Shown here: positions 22,297 to 33,597 of the stretch, one piece after another
How positions within the stretch are numbered: position 1 is the first letter of the stretch
How the letters are laid out: the number at the start of each line of letters is the position of its first letter
NCBI RefSeq assembly: GCF_003334765.1
Contig: NZ_QOWT01000008.1
DNA from: Escherichia coli
GTDB taxonomy: Bacteria > Pseudomonadota > Gammaproteobacteria > Enterobacterales > Enterobacteriaceae
Strand: one strand, 5' to 3'
Length of the DNA: 64,000 bases
Notes under the pieces: model-generated
What the model was told of the DNA's origin: nothing
Databases searched by the model: none
Seen by the model: the letters and a program-made list of their open reading frames with translations, nothing else
Translations under genes and position numbers: made by a program

Positions 22297-24300
22297 TCAG
22301 GCACCTTTCACTCCCAGCACCTTATGCGCTTTTGCCACAATATTCTCGGCGGTAAAGCCAAAGAACGGGAACAGCTTATCCGCCGGAGCAGATTCCCCGT
22401 AACCCGTCATCCCGACAATTGCCCCTTTCAGACCAACATACTTGTACCAGTAATCGGCAATACCTGCTTCCACCGCCACGCGAGCCGCAACGTTAGAAGG
22501 CAACACCGACTCCCGATATTCCTCATCCTGGGCGTCGAAAATATCGGTCGAGGGCAGGGAAACTACGCGTACATTGCGACCTTCTCCTGCTAATTTCTCT
22601 GCCGCTTGCAGGGTAATTTCCATCTCTGAACCGGTGGCAATCAGAATAATATCTGGCTTACCGCCGCTGTCTTTCAGCACATAACCGCCACGAGCAATCT
22701 CTTTAACCTGATCCGGCGTACGTTCCACCTGGGCCAGATTCTGCCTTGAGAGGATCAGTGCCGTCGGTCCGTTGTGGCGCTCAACCGCCAGCTTCCAGCC
22801 CACCGCCGCTTCCACCTGATCGCACGGTCGCCAGGTGCTGAAATTTGGCGTTAAGCGCAGGCTGGCCAGTTGCTCAACAGCCTGGTGCGTCGGACCATCT
22901 TCGCCCAGGCCAATTGAGTCGTGGGTATAAACCATAATCTGCCGCGCTTTCATCAGTGCCGCCATCCGCGCGGCGTTACGGGCGTATTCAACAAACATCA
23001 GGAACGTCGCGGTATACGGCACAAAGCCGCCGTGGTGCGCGATGCCGTTGGCGATAGCGGTCATGCCAAATTCACGCACCCCGTAGTGAATGTAGTTGCC
23101 CGCTGGATCTTCCTTCAGCGAAACAGAACCTTTCCAGATGGTCAGGTTGCTGGGAGCCAGATCCGCCGAACCGCCGAGCAACTCAGGCAGCATCGGCCCG
23201 TAAGCGTTAAGCGTATTTTGCGAAGCCTTACGGGTAGCGATTTTCGCCGGATTTGCCTGTAACTCATTGATATATTTCTGAGTCGTTTTCTCCCAGTCCT
23301 TCGGTAAACCACCGCTCATCCGTCGGGTAAACTCTTCTGCCAGTTGCGGATGAGCCTTTTTATAGGCGGCAAACTTCTCATTCCAGCTCTGCTGCGCTTT
23401 TTCGCCTTTTTCACGGGCATCCCAGGCGTGATAAATCTCTTTAGGGATCTCAAATGGCGGATGGTGCCAGCCCAGTTTTTGCCGTGCCAGCGCCACTTCT
23501 TCTTCCCCCAGTGGTGCGCCGTGCGCCTCTTCCTTACCTGCTTTATTCGGCGAACCAAAGCCAATCACCGTACGGCAGATAATCAGCGACGGCTTATCTT
23601 TCACGCTTTGCGCTTCAAGGATCGCTTCCTTCACCGCCTGCGGATCGTGACCGTCGATTTCATGGATCACATGCCAGTGATAGGCTTCAAAACGTTTTGC
23701 CGTATCGTCGGTAAACCAGCCTTCTGTTTCACCGTCGATGGAAATACCGTTGTGATCGTAAAAACCAATCAGCTTGCCCAGTCCCAGCGTGCCTGCCAGC
23801 GAACAGACTTCGTGGGAAATACCTTCCATCAGGCAGCCGTCGCCCATAAACACATAGGTGAAGTGATCGACGATCTCATGGTCTGGCTGGTTAAACTGCG
23901 CCGCCAGTGTACGCTCTGCTATCGCCAGCCCGACGGCGTTCGCCAAACCTTGTCCAAGCGGGCCGGTGGTGGTTTCAACGCCTGGCGTATAGCCAATCTC
24001 CGGGTGGCCTGGGGTTTTCGAATGCAACTGACGGAAGTTCTTCAGTTCTTCCAGCGGCAGGTCGTAACCGGTCAGATGTAGCAAACTGTAGAGCAGCATC
24101 GACGCGTGACCGTTGGAAAGAATAAAGCGGTCGCGATCATACCAGGTTGGGTCGGTAGGGTTATGTTTAAGAAAATCGTTCCACAGCACTTCGGCAATAT
24201 CAGCCATGCCCATCGGCGCGCCGGGATGACCAGAGTTGGCTTTTTGTACCGCATCCATACTGAGTGCGCGAATCGCATTGGCAAGGTCTTTTCGGGACAT
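22297..24300 (-). CDS. tktB: Transketolase 2
   Basis: 667 codons from ATG 24298-24300 ([31 protein letters not shown]...); ORF track start 24363 is an upstream in-frame alternative. Confidence 0.9.
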   Translation of the reverse strand: MSRKDLANAIRALSMDAVQKANSGHPGAPMGMADIAEVLWNDFLKHNPTDPTWYDRDRFILSNGHASMLLYSLLHLTGYDLPLEELKNFRQLHSKTPGHPEIGYTPGVETTTGPLGQGLANAVGLAIAERTLAAQFNQPDHEIVDHFTYVFMGDGCLMEGISHEVCSLAGTLGLGKLIGFYDHNGISIDGETEGWFTDDTAKRFEAYHWHVIHEIDGHDPQAVKEAILEAQSVKDKPSLIICRTVIGFGSPNKAGKEEAHGAPLGEEEVALARQKLGWHHPPFEIPKEIYHAWDAREKGEKAQQSWNEKFAAYKKAHPQLAEEFTRRMSGGLPKDWEKTTQKYINELQANPAKIATRKASQNTLNAYGPMLPELLGGSADLAPSNLTIWKGSVSLKEDPAGNYIHYGVREFGMTAIANGIAHHGGFVPYTATFLMFVEYARNAARMAALMKARQIMVYTHDSIGLGEDGPTHQAVEQLASLRLTPNFSTWRPCDQVEAAVGWKLAVERHNGPTALILSRQNLAQVERTPDQVKEIARGGYVLKDSGGKPDIILIATGSEMEITLQAAEKLAGEGRNVRVVSLPSTDIFDAQDEEYRESVLPSNVAARVAVEAGIADYWYKYVGLKGAIVGMTGYGESAPADKLFPFFGFTAENIVAKAHKVLGVKGA

Positions 24301-24319
24301 ATAACACTCCGTGGCTGGT

Positions 24320-25270
24320 TTATAGTTTGGCGGCAAGAAGATCTTCCAGTTTGCGTTGATCAACGGCGAACAGACGAATGCCTTCAGACAGTTTTTCTAC
24401 CGCCATCGCATCCTGATTGTGCTCCCAACGGAACTCCGCTTCGCTCATGGGAGCTGGGCGTGGGAACGTCTGAGAAGGTGGGATTAATTTACGTACCACT
24501 GGCGAAACTTTTTCCTGCAGCTCCTTCAGTAAATTCGGTGCGATAGTCAGTCGATCGCAGCCGGTTAAGGCGAGGATTTGTTCGGTGCGACGGAAGCTCG
24601 CGCCCATCACAATGGTTTCATAGTGGTGTTGCTTATAGTAGTCGTAGATATTGCGCACCGATTTAACGCCCGGATCTTCTTCCACCACATACGGGTCCAT
24701 CGGCTTGCGTGCCTGATACCAGTCATAAATACGCCCGACAAACGGCGAAATCAGAAAAACGCCTGCTTCCGCACAGGCCCGTGCCTGTGCAAAAGAAAAC
24801 AGCAGCGTCAGGTTGCAGTTAATACCTTCTTTTTCCAGCTCTTCTGCCGCGCGAATTCCTTCCCAGGTCGAAGCCAGCTTGATCAGAATGCGTGATTTCT
24901 CAACGCCTTGTTGCTGATACAAGTCCACCAGATGGCGCGCCTTCTCAATACTCTTTTCTTTATCAAAAGAGAGGCGTGCATCAACTTCTGTTGACACGCG
25001 ACCGGGTACGATTTTGAGGATTTCAGCACCGAAATTGACCGCCAGTTTGTCACACGCTGCGACCACCTGTTGTTCCTGGGTCTTGCCATTTTTTTTACCC
25101 CAGGCGATAGCATCGTCTATTAAATGCTCATATTGTGATAATCCGGCAGCTTTGAGTAACAGCGAAGGATTGGTGGTGGCATCCTGGGGATGATAATGGC
25201 GAATGGACTCAATATCGCCGCTGTCTGCCACGACAGTGGTGAACTGTTTGATGCCGTCTAACTCGTTCAT
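24320..25270 (-). CDS. talA: Transaldolase A
   Basis: 316-aa reverse ORF; recognised TalA; forms talA-tktB operon (19-nt spacer). Confidence 0.9.
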   Translation of the reverse strand: MNELDGIKQFTTVVADSGDIESIRHYHPQDATTNPSLLLKAAGLSQYEHLIDDAIAWGKKNGKTQEQQVVAACDKLAVNFGAEILKIVPGRVSTEVDARLSFDKEKSIEKARHLVDLYQQQGVEKSRILIKLASTWEGIRAAEELEKEGINCNLTLLFSFAQARACAEAGVFLISPFVGRIYDWYQARKPMDPYVVEEDPGVKSVRNIYDYYKQHHYETIVMGASFRRTEQILALTGCDRLTIAPNLLKELQEKVSPVVRKLIPPSQTFPRPAPMSEAEFRWEHNQDAMAVEKLSEGIRLFAVDQRKLEDLLAAKL

Positions 25271-25558
25271 AGGAAATACTCCTTGAAAAGTAAAGTGTTA
25301 GATGAGTGCGTTAATTCACACTTCTGAGAAATTTCGCTAAACGCATCAAAAAAGCATAGCAGACAGGCATGGTATTGCTGGATTAAGCAGGTAACATCAG
25401 TGTTATAGGATTATTACCAAAACATTATATTAATGGTGAGAGTTTGGACTTGCTCAAAGTCTGTAGACTCCGGCAGGGTAATAATGTGCGCCACGTTGTG
25501 GGCAGGGGCTGTTGCCCACACACTTTATTTGTGAACGTTACGTGAAAGGAACAACCAA

Positions 25559-27838
25559 ATGGATGACCAGTTAAAACAAAGTGCACTTGATTTCCATGAA
25601 TTTCCAGTTCCAGGGAAAATCCAGGTTTCTCCAACCAAGCCTCTGGCAACACAGCGCGATCTGGCGCTGGCCTACTCACCAGGCGTTGCCGCACCTTGTC
25701 TTGAAATCGAAAAAGACCCGTTAAAAGCCTACAAATATACCGCCCGCGGTAACCTGGTGGCGGTGATCTCTAACGGTACGGCGGTGCTGGGGTTAGGCAA
25801 CATTGGCGCGCTGGCAGGCAAACCGGTGATGGAAGGCAAGGGCGTTCTGTTTAAGAAATTCGCCGGGATTGATGTATTTGACATTGAAGTTGACGAACTC
25901 GACCCGGACAAATTTATTGAAGTTGTCGCCGCGCTCGAACCAACCTTCGGCGGCATCAACCTCGAAGACATTAAAGCGCCAGAATGTTTCTATATTGAAC
26001 AGAAACTGCGCGAGCGGATGAATATTCCGGTATTCCACGACGATCAGCACGGCACGGCAATTATCAGCACTGCCGCCATCCTCAACGGCTTGCGCGTGGT
26101 GGAGAAAAACATCTCCGACGTGCGGATGGTGGTTTCCGGCGCGGGTGCCGCAGCAATCGCCTGTATGAACCTGCTGGTAGCGCTGGGTCTGCAAAAACAT
26201 AACATCGTGGTTTGCGATTCAAAAGGCGTTATCTATCAGGGCCGTGAGCCAAACATGGCGGAAACCAAAGCCGCATATGCGGTGGTGGATGACGGCAAAC
26301 GTACCCTCGATGATGTGATTGAAGGCGCGGATATTTTCCTGGGCTGTTCCGGCCCGAAAGTGCTGACCCAGGAAATGGTGAAGAAAATGGCTCGTGCGCC
26401 AATGATCCTGGCGCTGGCGAACCCGGAACCGGAAATTCTGCCGCCGCTGGCGAAAGAAGTGCGTCCGGATGCCATCATTTGCACCGGTCGTTCTGACTAT
26501 CCGAACCAGGTGAACAACGTCCTGTGCTTCCCGTTCATCTTCCGTGGCGCGCTGGACGTTGGCGCAACCGCCATCAACGAAGAGATGAAACTGGCGGCGG
26601 TACGTGCGATTGCAGAACTCGCCCATGCGGAACAGAGCGAAGTGGTGGCTTCAGCGTATGGCGATCAGGATCTGAGCTTTGGTCCGGAATACATCATTCC
26701 AAAACCGTTTGATCCGCGCTTGATCGTTAAGATCGCTCCTGCGGTCGCTAAAGCCGCGATGGAGTCGGGCGTGGCGACTCGTCCGATTGCTGATTTCGAC
26801 GTCTACATCGACAAGCTGACTGAGTTCGTTTACAAAACCAACCTGTTTATGAAGCCGATTTTCTCCCAGGCTCGCAAAGCGCCGAAGCGCGTTGTTCTGC
26901 CGGAAGGGGAAGAGGCGCGCGTTCTGCATGCCACTCAGGAACTGGTAACGCTGGGACTGGCGAAACCGATCCTTATCGGTCGTCCGAACGTGATCGAAAT
27001 GCGCATTCAGAAACTGGGCTTGCAGATCAAAGCGGGCGTTGATTTTGAGATCGTCAATAACGAATCCGATCCGCGCTTTAAAGAGTACTGGACCGAATAC
27101 TTCCAGATCATGAAGCGTCGCGGCGTCACTCAGGAACAGGCGCAGCGGGCGCTGATCAGTAACCCGACAGTGATCGGCGCGATCATGGTTCAGCGTGGGG
27201 AAGCCGATGCAATGATTTGCGGTACGGTGGGTGATTATCATGAACATTTTAGCGTGGTGAAAAATGTCTTTGGTTATCGCGATGGCGTTCACACCGCAGG
27301 TGCCATGAACGCGCTGCTGCTGCCGAGTGGTAACACCTTTATTGCCGATACATATGTTAATGATGAACCGGATGCAGAAGAGCTGGCGGAGATCACCTTG
27401 ATGGCGGCAGAAACTGTCCGTCGTTTTGGTATTGAGCCGCGCGTTGCTTTGTTGTCGCACTCCAACTTTGGTTCTTCTGACTGCCCGTCGTCGAGCAAAA
27501 TGCGTCAGGCGCTGGAACTGGTCAGGGAACGTGCACCAGAACTGATGATTGATGGTGAAATGCACGGCGATGCAGCGCTGGTGGAAGCGATTCGCAACGA
27601 CCGTATGCCGGACAGCTCTTTGAAAGGTTCCGCCAATATTCTGGTGATGCCGAACATGGAAGCTGCCCGCATTAGTTACAACTTACTGCGTGTTTCCAGC
27701 TCGGAAGGTGTGACTGTCGGCCCGGTGCTGATGGGTGTGGCGAAACCGGTTCACGTGTTAACGCCGATCGCATCGGTGCGTCGTATCGTCAACATGGTGG
27801 CGCTGGCCGTGGTAGAAGCGCAAACCCAACCGCTGTAA
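25559..27838 (+). CDS. maeB: NADP-dependent malic enzyme (malic enzyme fused to PTA-like domain)
   Basis: 759-aa ORF; N-terminal malic enzyme domain plus C-terminal phosphotransacetylase-like domain; recognised MaeB. Confidence 0.9.
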
Positions 27839-27880
27839 TTTTTTTAACTCTCACGCTTACCCTGAATATTCAGGGTAAGC

Positions 27881-28129
27881 AGTTTAGCTGCAATATATTA
27901 GTAAAGCTTATTACTGAGTTTGCGAATAATAAAAAAAAGCAGTCTATATAATATCTCGATATTATTTTATTTATATTCATGCGTTGCATATGAAAGTTTA
28001 TGCACCACAGCGAATATCTCTCCATTCTTAGTGATCTACCTCACCTTTTAAACGCGCTTGCCGAATTTTGTTATTTACTCTGACGAAAAATTGTCACGAT
28101 ACACGAAAGTTTTTCACAGGCGGCGACTC
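27881..28129 (+). promoter_or_regulatory. AT-rich eut operon promoter region
   Basis: About 250 bp AT-rich non-coding stretch immediately upstream of eutS; expected location of the main eut promoter; no motif mapped with confidence. Confidence 0.35.
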
Positions 28130-28465
28130 ATGGATAAAGAACGCATCATTCAGGAATTTGTGCCCGGCAAACAGGTCACACTGGCGCATCTCATCGCGCA
28201 TCCCGGTGAGGAACTGGCGAAGAAAATCGGCGTTCCGGATGCGGGCGCAATTGGCATTATGACGCTAACTCCCGGCGAAACGGCGATGATCGCCGGTGAT
28301 TTAGCGCTGAAAGCCGCTGATGTGCATATCGGTTTTCTCGACCGATTCAGCGGTGCATTGGTGATTTATGGCTCGGTGGGCGCAGTAGAAGAAGCGTTAT
28401 CACAAACCGTCAGCGGTTTAGGTCGCTTATTAAATTATACGCTTTGTGAAATGACCAAAAGTTAA
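28130..28465 (+). CDS. eutS: Ethanolamine utilization microcompartment shell protein EutS
   Basis: 111 codons from ATG 28130 ([21 protein letters not shown]...); BMC-domain shell protein; first gene of eut operon. Confidence 0.85.
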
Positions 28466-28477
28466 TACGAGGCATTC

Positions 28478-28957
28478 ATGAAACGAATTGCGTTTGTGGG
28501 TAGCGTCGGGGCAGGAAAAACAACGTTATTTAATGCGTTGCAGGGGAATTATACCCTCGCCAGAAAAACACAGGCCGTGGAATTTAATGATAAGGGCGAT
28601 ATTGATACGCCGGGTGAATATTTTAACCATCCCCGCTGGTATCACGCCTTAATTACCACGCTACAGGATGTAGACATGCTGATCTATGTCCATGGCGCAA
28701 ATGACCCGGAAAGTCGGTTGCCTGCCGGGTTGCTGGATATTGGCGTCAGCAAACGGCAAATCGCCGTCATCAGTAAAACGGACATGCCAGATGCTGACGT
28801 CGCCGCAACGCGAAAGTTATTGCTTGAGACGGGCTTCGAAGAGCCGATTTTCGAGCTAAACAGCCACGACCCGCAAAGCGTGCAGCAACTGGTGGATTAT
28901 CTGGCATCTCTCACCAAACAGGAGGAAGCAGGTGAAAAAACTCATCACAGCGAATGA
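28478..28957 (+). CDS. eutP: Ethanolamine utilization protein EutP (P-loop GTPase-like)
   Basis: 159-aa ORF with Walker A GSVGAGKTT. Confidence 0.85.
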   Translation: MKRIAFVGSVGAGKTTLFNALQGNYTLARKTQAVEFNDKGDIDTPGEYFNHPRWYHALITTLQDVDMLIYVHGANDPESRLPAGLLDIGVSKRQIAVISKTDMPDADVAATRKLLLETGFEEPIFELNSHDPQSVQQLVDYLASLTKQEEAGEKTHHSE

Positions 28958-29633
28958 TATTCGTGAAGCACACGCGCGCGGCGAACAGGCAATGTCCGTG
29001 GTTCTGCGCGCCAGCATTATTACCCCGGAAGCCCGTGAAGTGGCGGATCTACTGGGTTTTACCATCACCGAATGTGATGAATCGATCCCGGTAACGGCGT
29101 CCGTGCCCGCCAGCGTGCCAGCCGACAAAACCGAAAGCCAGCGCATCCGCGAAACCATCATTGCCCAGCTGCCGGAAGGCCAGTTTACCGAAAGCCTGGT
29201 CGCACAGCTGATGGAAAAAGTGATGAAGGAAAAACAGTCGCTGGAGCAGGGCGCAATGCAGCCGAGCTTCAAATCGGTGACCGGCAAAGGCGGCATCAAA
29301 GTGATTGATGGCAGTAGCGTCAAGTTTGGTCGTTTCGACGGCGCAGAGCCGCATTGCGTGGGCTTGACTGATCTTGTGACCGGAGACGACGGCAGCAGCA
29401 TGGCCGCCGGTTTTATGCAGTGGGAGAACGCATTCTTCCCGTGGACCCTGAACTACGACGAAATCGACATGGTGCTGGAAGGGGAGCTGCATGTTCGCCA
29501 CGAAGGCCAAACCATGATCGCCAAAGCAGGCGACGTGATGTTTATCCCGAAAGGCTCCAGCATCGAATTTGGTACGACATCCAGCGTGAAATTCCTGTAT
29601 GTCGCCTGGCCGGCTAACTGGCAATCCCTATGA
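28932..29633 (+). CDS. eutQ: Ethanolamine utilization protein EutQ (cupin fold)
   Basis: 233-aa ORF starting at GTG 28932 (GGAGG RBS), overlapping the eutP 3' end by 26 nt. Confidence 0.85.
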   Translation: MKKLITANDIREAHARGEQAMSVVLRASIITPEAREVADLLGFTITECDESIPVTASVPASVPADKTESQRIRETIIAQLPEGQFTESLVAQLMEKVMKEKQSLEQGAMQPSFKSVTGKGGIKVIDGSSVKFGRFDGAEPHCVGLTDLVTGDDGSSMAAGFMQWENAFFPWTLNYDEIDMVLEGELHVRHEGQTMIAKAGDVMFIPKGSSIEFGTTSSVKFLYVAWPANWQSL

Positions 29634-30433
29634 AAGATTTCATCACCGAAGCATGGCTAAGAGCGAACCATACGCTCAGCGAAGGCGCAGAGATCCATCT
29701 CCCTGCGGACAGTCGCCTGACGCCCTCTGCCCGGGAGTTGCTGGAAAGCCGCCATCTGCGCATCAAGTTTATTGACGAGCAGGGCCGCCTGTTTGTTGAC
29801 GATGAACAGCAGCAGCCGCAGCCCGTTCATGGGCTGACCAGTAGCGATGAACATCCGCAGGCGTGCTGCGAACTGTGTCGCCAGCCGGTGGCAAAAAAGC
29901 CGGATACGCTGACTCACCTGTCGGCGGAAAAAATGGTCGCCAAAAGCGATCCGCGTCTGGGTTTTCGCGCGGTTCTCGACAGCACCATTGCGCTGGCAGT
30001 GTGGCTGCAAATTGAACTGGCGGAACCGTGGCAGCCGTGGCTGGCGGATATCCGTTCGCGTCTTGGCAACATTATGCGCGCCGATGCGCTGGGGGAACCG
30101 CTGGGCTGCCAGGCGATTGTCGGGCTTTCTGACGAAGATCTGCATCGGCTTTCTCATCAGCCGCTGCGCTATCTCGACCACGATCATCTGGTGCCGGAAG
30201 CCAGCCACGGGCGCGATGCTGCGTTGCTCAATCTGCTACGCACCAAAGTGCGGGAAACCGAAACCGTAGCGGCGCAGGTCTTTATCACCCGCAGCTTTGA
30301 AGTATTACGCCCGGACATTTTGCAGGCGCTGAACCGCCTTTCGAGCACGGTCTACGTGATGATGATCCTGAGCGTAACGAAGCAGCCGCTAACGGTGAAG
30401 CAGATCCAACAACGACTGGGGGAAACGCAATGA
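29630..30433 (+). CDS. eutT: Corrinoid (cobalamin) adenosyltransferase EutT
   Basis: 267-aa ORF; ATG overlaps eutQ stop (ATGA); recognised EutT. Confidence 0.85.
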
Positions 30434-31446
30434 TTATTGAACGTTGTCGTGAACTGGCGTTGCGAGCGCCCGCCAGAGTGGTTTTTCCGGATGCGTTAGA
30501 CCAACGTGTGCTGAAAGCCGCGCAATATTTACATCAACAAGGTCTGGCAACGCCCATTCTGGTCGCCAATCCGTTTGAACTTCGTCAGTTTGCGCTCAGT
30601 CACGGCGTGGCGATGGACGGGCTACAGGTGATTGATCCGCATGGCAACCTCGCAATGCGGGAAGAATTTGCTCATCGCTGGCTGGCCCGCGCGGGCGAAA
30701 AAACGCCGCCGGATGCGCTGGAAAAACTTACCGACCCTCTGATGTTCGCCGCAGCAATGGTCAGCGCCGGTAAAGCGGATGTCTGTATCGCGGGCAACCT
30801 CTCTTCCACGGCAAATGTGCTGCGTGCCGGATTACGCATTATCGGCTTGCAGCCAGGCTGTAAAACGCTCTCTTCCATTTTCCTGATGTTGCCACAGTAC
30901 AGCGGCCCGGCGTTGGGCTTTGCCGATTGCAGCGTGGTGCCACAGCCGACGGCGGCGCAGCTGGCGGATATCGCGCTTGCCAGTGCCGAAACCTGGCGCG
31001 CCATCACCGGAGAAGAGCCGCGCGTGGCGATGCTGTCGTTTTCCAGCAATGGTAGCGCCCGTCACCCCTGTGTTGCTAACGTCCAGCAGGCGACAGAAAT
31101 CGTCCGTGAGCGCGCACCAAAGCTGGTGGTGGATGGCGAGTTACAGTTTGACGCCGCCTTCGTGCCGGAAGTGGCGGCGCAAAAAGCGCCTGCCAGCCCG
31201 CTACAGGGCAAGGCCAATGTGATGGTTTTTCCGTCGCTGGAAGCCGGAAATATTGGTTACAAAATCGCACAACGACTCGGCGGATATCGTGCCGTCGGGC
31301 CACTGATACAAGGACTTGCCGCGCCGATGCACGATCTCTCTCGTGGTTGTAGCGTGCAGGAAATTATCGAGCTGGCGCTGGTGGCAGCTGTGCCGCGTCA
31401 GACAGAAGTGAACCGCGAAAGCAGTTTACAAACACTGGTTGAATGA
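30430..31446 (+). CDS. eutD: Phosphotransacetylase EutD
   Basis: 338-aa PTA-family ORF; ATG overlaps eutT stop (ATGA). Confidence 0.9.
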
Positions 31447-31484
31447 ACGGTCCCGTTCTGGACCCTGATAAAGAGGAAAGCACA

Positions 31485-31778
31485 ATGGAAGCATTAGGAA
31501 TGATCGAAACCCGGGGCCTGGTTGCACTGATTGAGGCTTCTGACGCGATGGTGAAAGCTGCGCGCGTCAAGCTGGTTGGTGTTAAGCAGATTGGCGGCGG
31601 CCTGTGTACTGCCATGGTTCGTGGTGATGTTGCAGCCTGTAAAGCCGCGACCGATGCAGGTGCCGCAGCGGCACAGCGTATCGGCGAGCTGGTATCTGTA
31701 CACGTTATCCCGCGTCCGCACGGCGACCTGGAAGAAGTCTTCCCGATCGGCCTGAAAGGCGATAGCAGCAACCTGTAA
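31485..31778 (+). CDS. eutM: Microcompartment major shell protein EutM (BMC-H)
   Basis: 97 codons from ATG 31485 ([28 protein letters not shown]...); canonical BMC hexamer domain. Confidence 0.9.
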   Translation: MEALGMIETRGLVALIEASDAMVKAARVKLVGVKQIGGGLCTAMVRGDVAACKAATDAGAAAAQRIGELVSVHVIPRPHGDLEEVFPIGLKGDSSNL

Positions 31779-31884
31779 TCACCCTGTGTGACGTCGATTC
31801 GGGCGTCACGCTCTCTCCTTTTTCATTTTACCTTCTGCGGAGGGTAGGGGGAGCTTTTACCTGAAATACGCCACGGAGGCGGGT

Positions 31885-32172
31885 ATGAAACTGGCAGTCG
31901 TCACTGGACAAATTGTTTGTACCGTACGCCATCACGGACTGGCGCATGACAAATTGCTGATGGTGGAAATGATTGATCCACAAGGTAATCCTGACGGGCA
32001 ATGCGCCGTCGCCATCGACAATATTGGCGCGGGAACCGGGGAGTGGGTGTTACTGGTGAGTGGCAGTTCCGCCCGCCAGGCGCATAAAAGCGAAACGTCA
32101 CCGGTCGATCTGTGCGTGATTGGCATTGTCGATGAGGTGGTGTCTGGCGGTCAGGTAATTTTCCACAAATAA
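31885..32172 (+). CDS. eutN: Microcompartment vertex protein EutN (BMC-V)
   Basis: 95-aa ORF (MKLAVVTGQIVCTVRHHGL...), EutN/CcmL family; GGAGG RBS. Confidence 0.9.
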   Translation: MKLAVVTGQIVCTVRHHGLAHDKLLMVEMIDPQGNPDGQCAVAIDNIGAGTGEWVLLVSGSSARQAHKSETSPVDLCVIGIVDEVVSGGQVIFHK

Positions 32173-32183
32173 GGCAGAACATC

Positions 32184-33587
32184 ATGAATCAACAGGATAT
32201 TGAACAGGTGGTGAAAGCGGTACTGCTGAAAATGCAAAGCAGTGACACGCCGTCCGCCGCCGTTCATGAGATGGGCGTTTTCGCGTCCCTGGATGACGCC
32301 GTTGCGGCAGCCAAAGTCGCCCAGCAAGGGTTAAAAAGCGTGGCAATGCGCCAGTTAGCCATTGCTGCCATTCGTGAAGCAGGCGAAAAACACGCCAGAG
32401 ATTTAGCGGAACTTGCCGTCAGTGAAACCGGCATGGGGCGCGTTGAAGATAAATTTGCAAAAAACGTCGCTCAGGCGCGCGGCACACCAGGCGTTGAGTG
32501 CCTCTCTCCGCAAGTGCTGACTGGCGACAACGGCCTGACCCTAATTGAAAACGCACCCTGGGGCGTGGTGGCTTCGGTGACGCCTTCCACTAACCCGGCG
32601 GCAACCGTAATTAACAACGCCATCAGCCTGATTGCCGCGGGCAACAGCGTCATTTTTGCCCCGCATCCGGCGGCGAAAAAAGTCTCCCAGCGGGCGATTA
32701 CGCTGCTCAACCAGGCGATTGTTGCCGCAGGTGGGCCGGAAAACTTACTGGTTACTGTGGCAAATCCGGATATCGAAACCGCGCAACGCTTGTTCAAGTT
32801 TCCGGGTATCGGCCTGCTGGTGGTAACCGGCGGCGAAGCGGTAGTAGAAGCGGCGCGTAAACACACCAATAAACGTCTGATTGCCGCAGGCGCTGGCAAC
32901 CCGCCGGTAGTGGTGGATGAAACCGCCGACCTCGCCCGTGCCGCTCAGTCCATCGTCAAAGGCGCTTCTTTCGATAACAACATCATTTGTGCCGACGAAA
33001 AGGTACTGATTGTTGTTGATAGCGTAGCCGATGAACTGATGCGTCTGATGGAAGGCCAGCACGCGGTGAAACTGACCGCAGAACAGGCGCAGCAGCTGCA
33101 ACCGGTGTTGCTGAAAAATATCGACGAGCGCGGAAAAGGCACCGTCAGCCGTGACTGGGTTGGTCGCGACGCAGGCAAAATCGCGGCGGCAATCGGCCTT
33201 AAAGTTCCGCAAGAAACGCGCCTGCTGTTTGTGGAAACCACCGCAGAACATCCGTTTGCCGTGACTGAACTGATGATGCCGGTGTTGCCCGTCGTGCGCG
33301 TCGCCAACGTGGCGGATGCCATTGCGCTAGCGGTGAAACTGGAAGGCGGTTGCCACCACACGGCGGCAATGCACTCGCGCAACATCGAAAACATGAACCA
33401 GATGGCGAATGCTATTGATACCAGCATTTTCGTTAAGAACGGACCGTGCATTGCCGGGCTGGGGCTGGGCGGGGAAGGCTGGACCACCATGACCATCACC
33501 ACGCCAACCGGTGAAGGGGTAACCAGCGCGCGTACGTTTGTCCGTCTGCGTCGCTGTGTATTAGTCGATGCGTTTCGCATTGTTTAA
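32184..33587 (+). CDS. eutE: CoA-acylating acetaldehyde dehydrogenase EutE
   Basis: 467-aa aldehyde dehydrogenase-family ORF with N-terminal encapsulation-peptide-like region. Confidence 0.9.
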   Translation: MNQQDIEQVVKAVLLKMQSSDTPSAAVHEMGVFASLDDAVAAAKVAQQGLKSVAMRQLAIAAIREAGEKHARDLAELAVSETGMGRVEDKFAKNVAQARGTPGVECLSPQVLTGDNGLTLIENAPWGVVASVTPSTNPAATVINNAISLIAAGNSVIFAPHPAAKKVSQRAITLLNQAIVAAGGPENLLVTVANPDIETAQRLFKFPGIGLLVVTGGEAVVEAARKHTNKRLIAAGAGNPPVVVDETADLARAAQSIVKGASFDNNIICADEKVLIVVDSVADELMRLMEGQHAVKLTAEQAQQLQPVLLKNIDERGKGTVSRDWVGRDAGKIAAAIGLKVPQETRLLFVETTAEHPFAVTELMMPVLPVVRVANVADAIALAVKLEGGCHHTAAMHSRNIENMNQMANAIDTSIFVKNGPCIAGLGLGGEGWTTMTITTPTGEGVTSARTFVRLRRCVLVDAFRIV

Positions 33588-33597
33588 GGAGTAACAG

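Noticed and set aside
23344-24081. 245-aa forward-strand ORF inside tktB
   Set aside because: Antisense to tktB; no independent support.
26651-27565. 304-aa reverse-strand ORF inside maeB
   Set aside because: Antisense shadow ORF within a confidently identified gene; its composition is Arg/His/Gln-rich and low-complexity.
28058-28129. In-frame upstream extension of eutS (135-aa ORF from a TTG start)
   Set aside because: The extension lies in the AT-rich promoter region and starts with a rare codon without a good RBS. The 111-codon ATG start at 28130 gives the expected EutS length.
27881-28129. Possible CRP-like half sites (TGTCA...TCACA) upstream of eutS
   Set aside because: The spacing and second half-site do not fit the TGTGA-N6-TCACA consensus, so there is not enough support to call a site.
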